DNA of 64,000 nucleotides, from NCBI GenBank assembly GCA_049852185.1, contig CP187540.1, one strand, 5' to 3'. A program made the translations under genes and the position numbers. This stretch comes from Methanocaldococcus sp. 28A (GTDB lineage Archaea; AGJL01; Methanococci; Methanococcales; Methanocaldococcaceae). The notes beneath the pieces were generated by a model. It did not search any database. It was not told the DNA's origin and saw only the letters and a list, made by a program, of their open reading frames with translations. Of the stretch, positions 63,497 through 64,000 are shown in pieces (the first letter of the stretch is position 1; each line of letters opens with the position of its first letter).

Positions 63497-63583
63497 TATA
63501 GTTGTGTGCAAAACTATCTTAATTAAAATAAGGAATTAGTAATTGTCCTTATAAAAGTTTATTTTATTTTGCTCACAACTATA
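63497..63583. mobile_element. MITE-A copy lacking the internal hairpin
   Basis: Both TIRs present. ggaattagt is joined directly to aattgtcc. Confidence 0.88.
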
Positions 63584-63649
63584 ATATAAATTCAATAATA
63601 TATATAGTGGCATCCTTAAAAAAGTTTAAAAAAGTTTTATTTTAAAAAT

Positions 63650-64000
63650 TTATTCAAATTCAATGGTTGCTGGTGGTTTGTCAGTTATATCAAATACAAC
63701 TCTTGCTACATTAGGTATTTCCGAAGTGATTCTTTTACTAATTCTTTTTAACAAATCAAAAGGAATCTCTGGAACATGGGCAGTCATTGCATCTAAAGAT
63801 TTAACCATCCTTAATGCAACAATCCAGTTGTATTCCCTTTCATCTCCTTTAACTCCAGTAGCTTTGCAATCTAAAACAACAGCAAAATATTGCCATAAAT
63901 CTTTATCTAAATTAGCTTTTTTAACTTCTTCTTCAACTATTGCGTTTGCCTCTCTACAGATGTTTAATTTTTCTTCTGTAACCTCTCCTAAGACTCTAAC
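63650..64000 (-). CDS. guaAB: GMP synthase subunit B, 3' part (runs off the window)
   Basis: Reverse strand reads WQYFAVV...TGVKGD...DAMTA...[17 protein letters not shown]. Confidence 0.93.
   Translation of the reverse strand, partial: VRVLGEVTEEKLNICREANAIVEEEVKKANLDKDLWQYFAVVLDCKATGVKGDEREYNWIVALRMVKSLDAMTAHVPEIPFDLLKRISKRITSEIPNVARVVFDITDKPPATIEFE

Overview
AT-rich archaeal chromosome segment from a hyperthermophilic methanogen, almost certainly Methanocaldococcus: the proteins closely resemble M. jannaschii orthologues such as SepS, MfnA, Kae1-Bud32, MVP/Kch channels and the MJ1647-type histone. Housekeeping blocks alternate with a dense mobilome. It includes a frameshifted TnpB, a 339-bp non-autonomous IS200/IS605 element retaining both ends and a promoter-driven omega-RNA-like region, and an orphan TnpB 3' tail. 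There are also two intact IS701-like elements and one truncated copy, IS481 and IS6 relics, two MITE families and a glycosyltransferase island. Two cas-less CRISPR arrays have different repeats (37 and 30 nt). The three most unusual signals are: (1) modular GC-rich hairpin cassettes at tight operon junctions, each flanked by a variable-length (19, 33, 42 nt) duplication of the upstream gene's 3' end; (2) an oversized CRISPR spacer that reads as an inverted crRNA-like unit (8-nt handle + 33 nt + repeat start); (3) stand-alone omega-RNA-like loci. All calls come from reading the sequence by eye plus recalled family knowledge. No searches were run, and MJ locus numbers are from memory.
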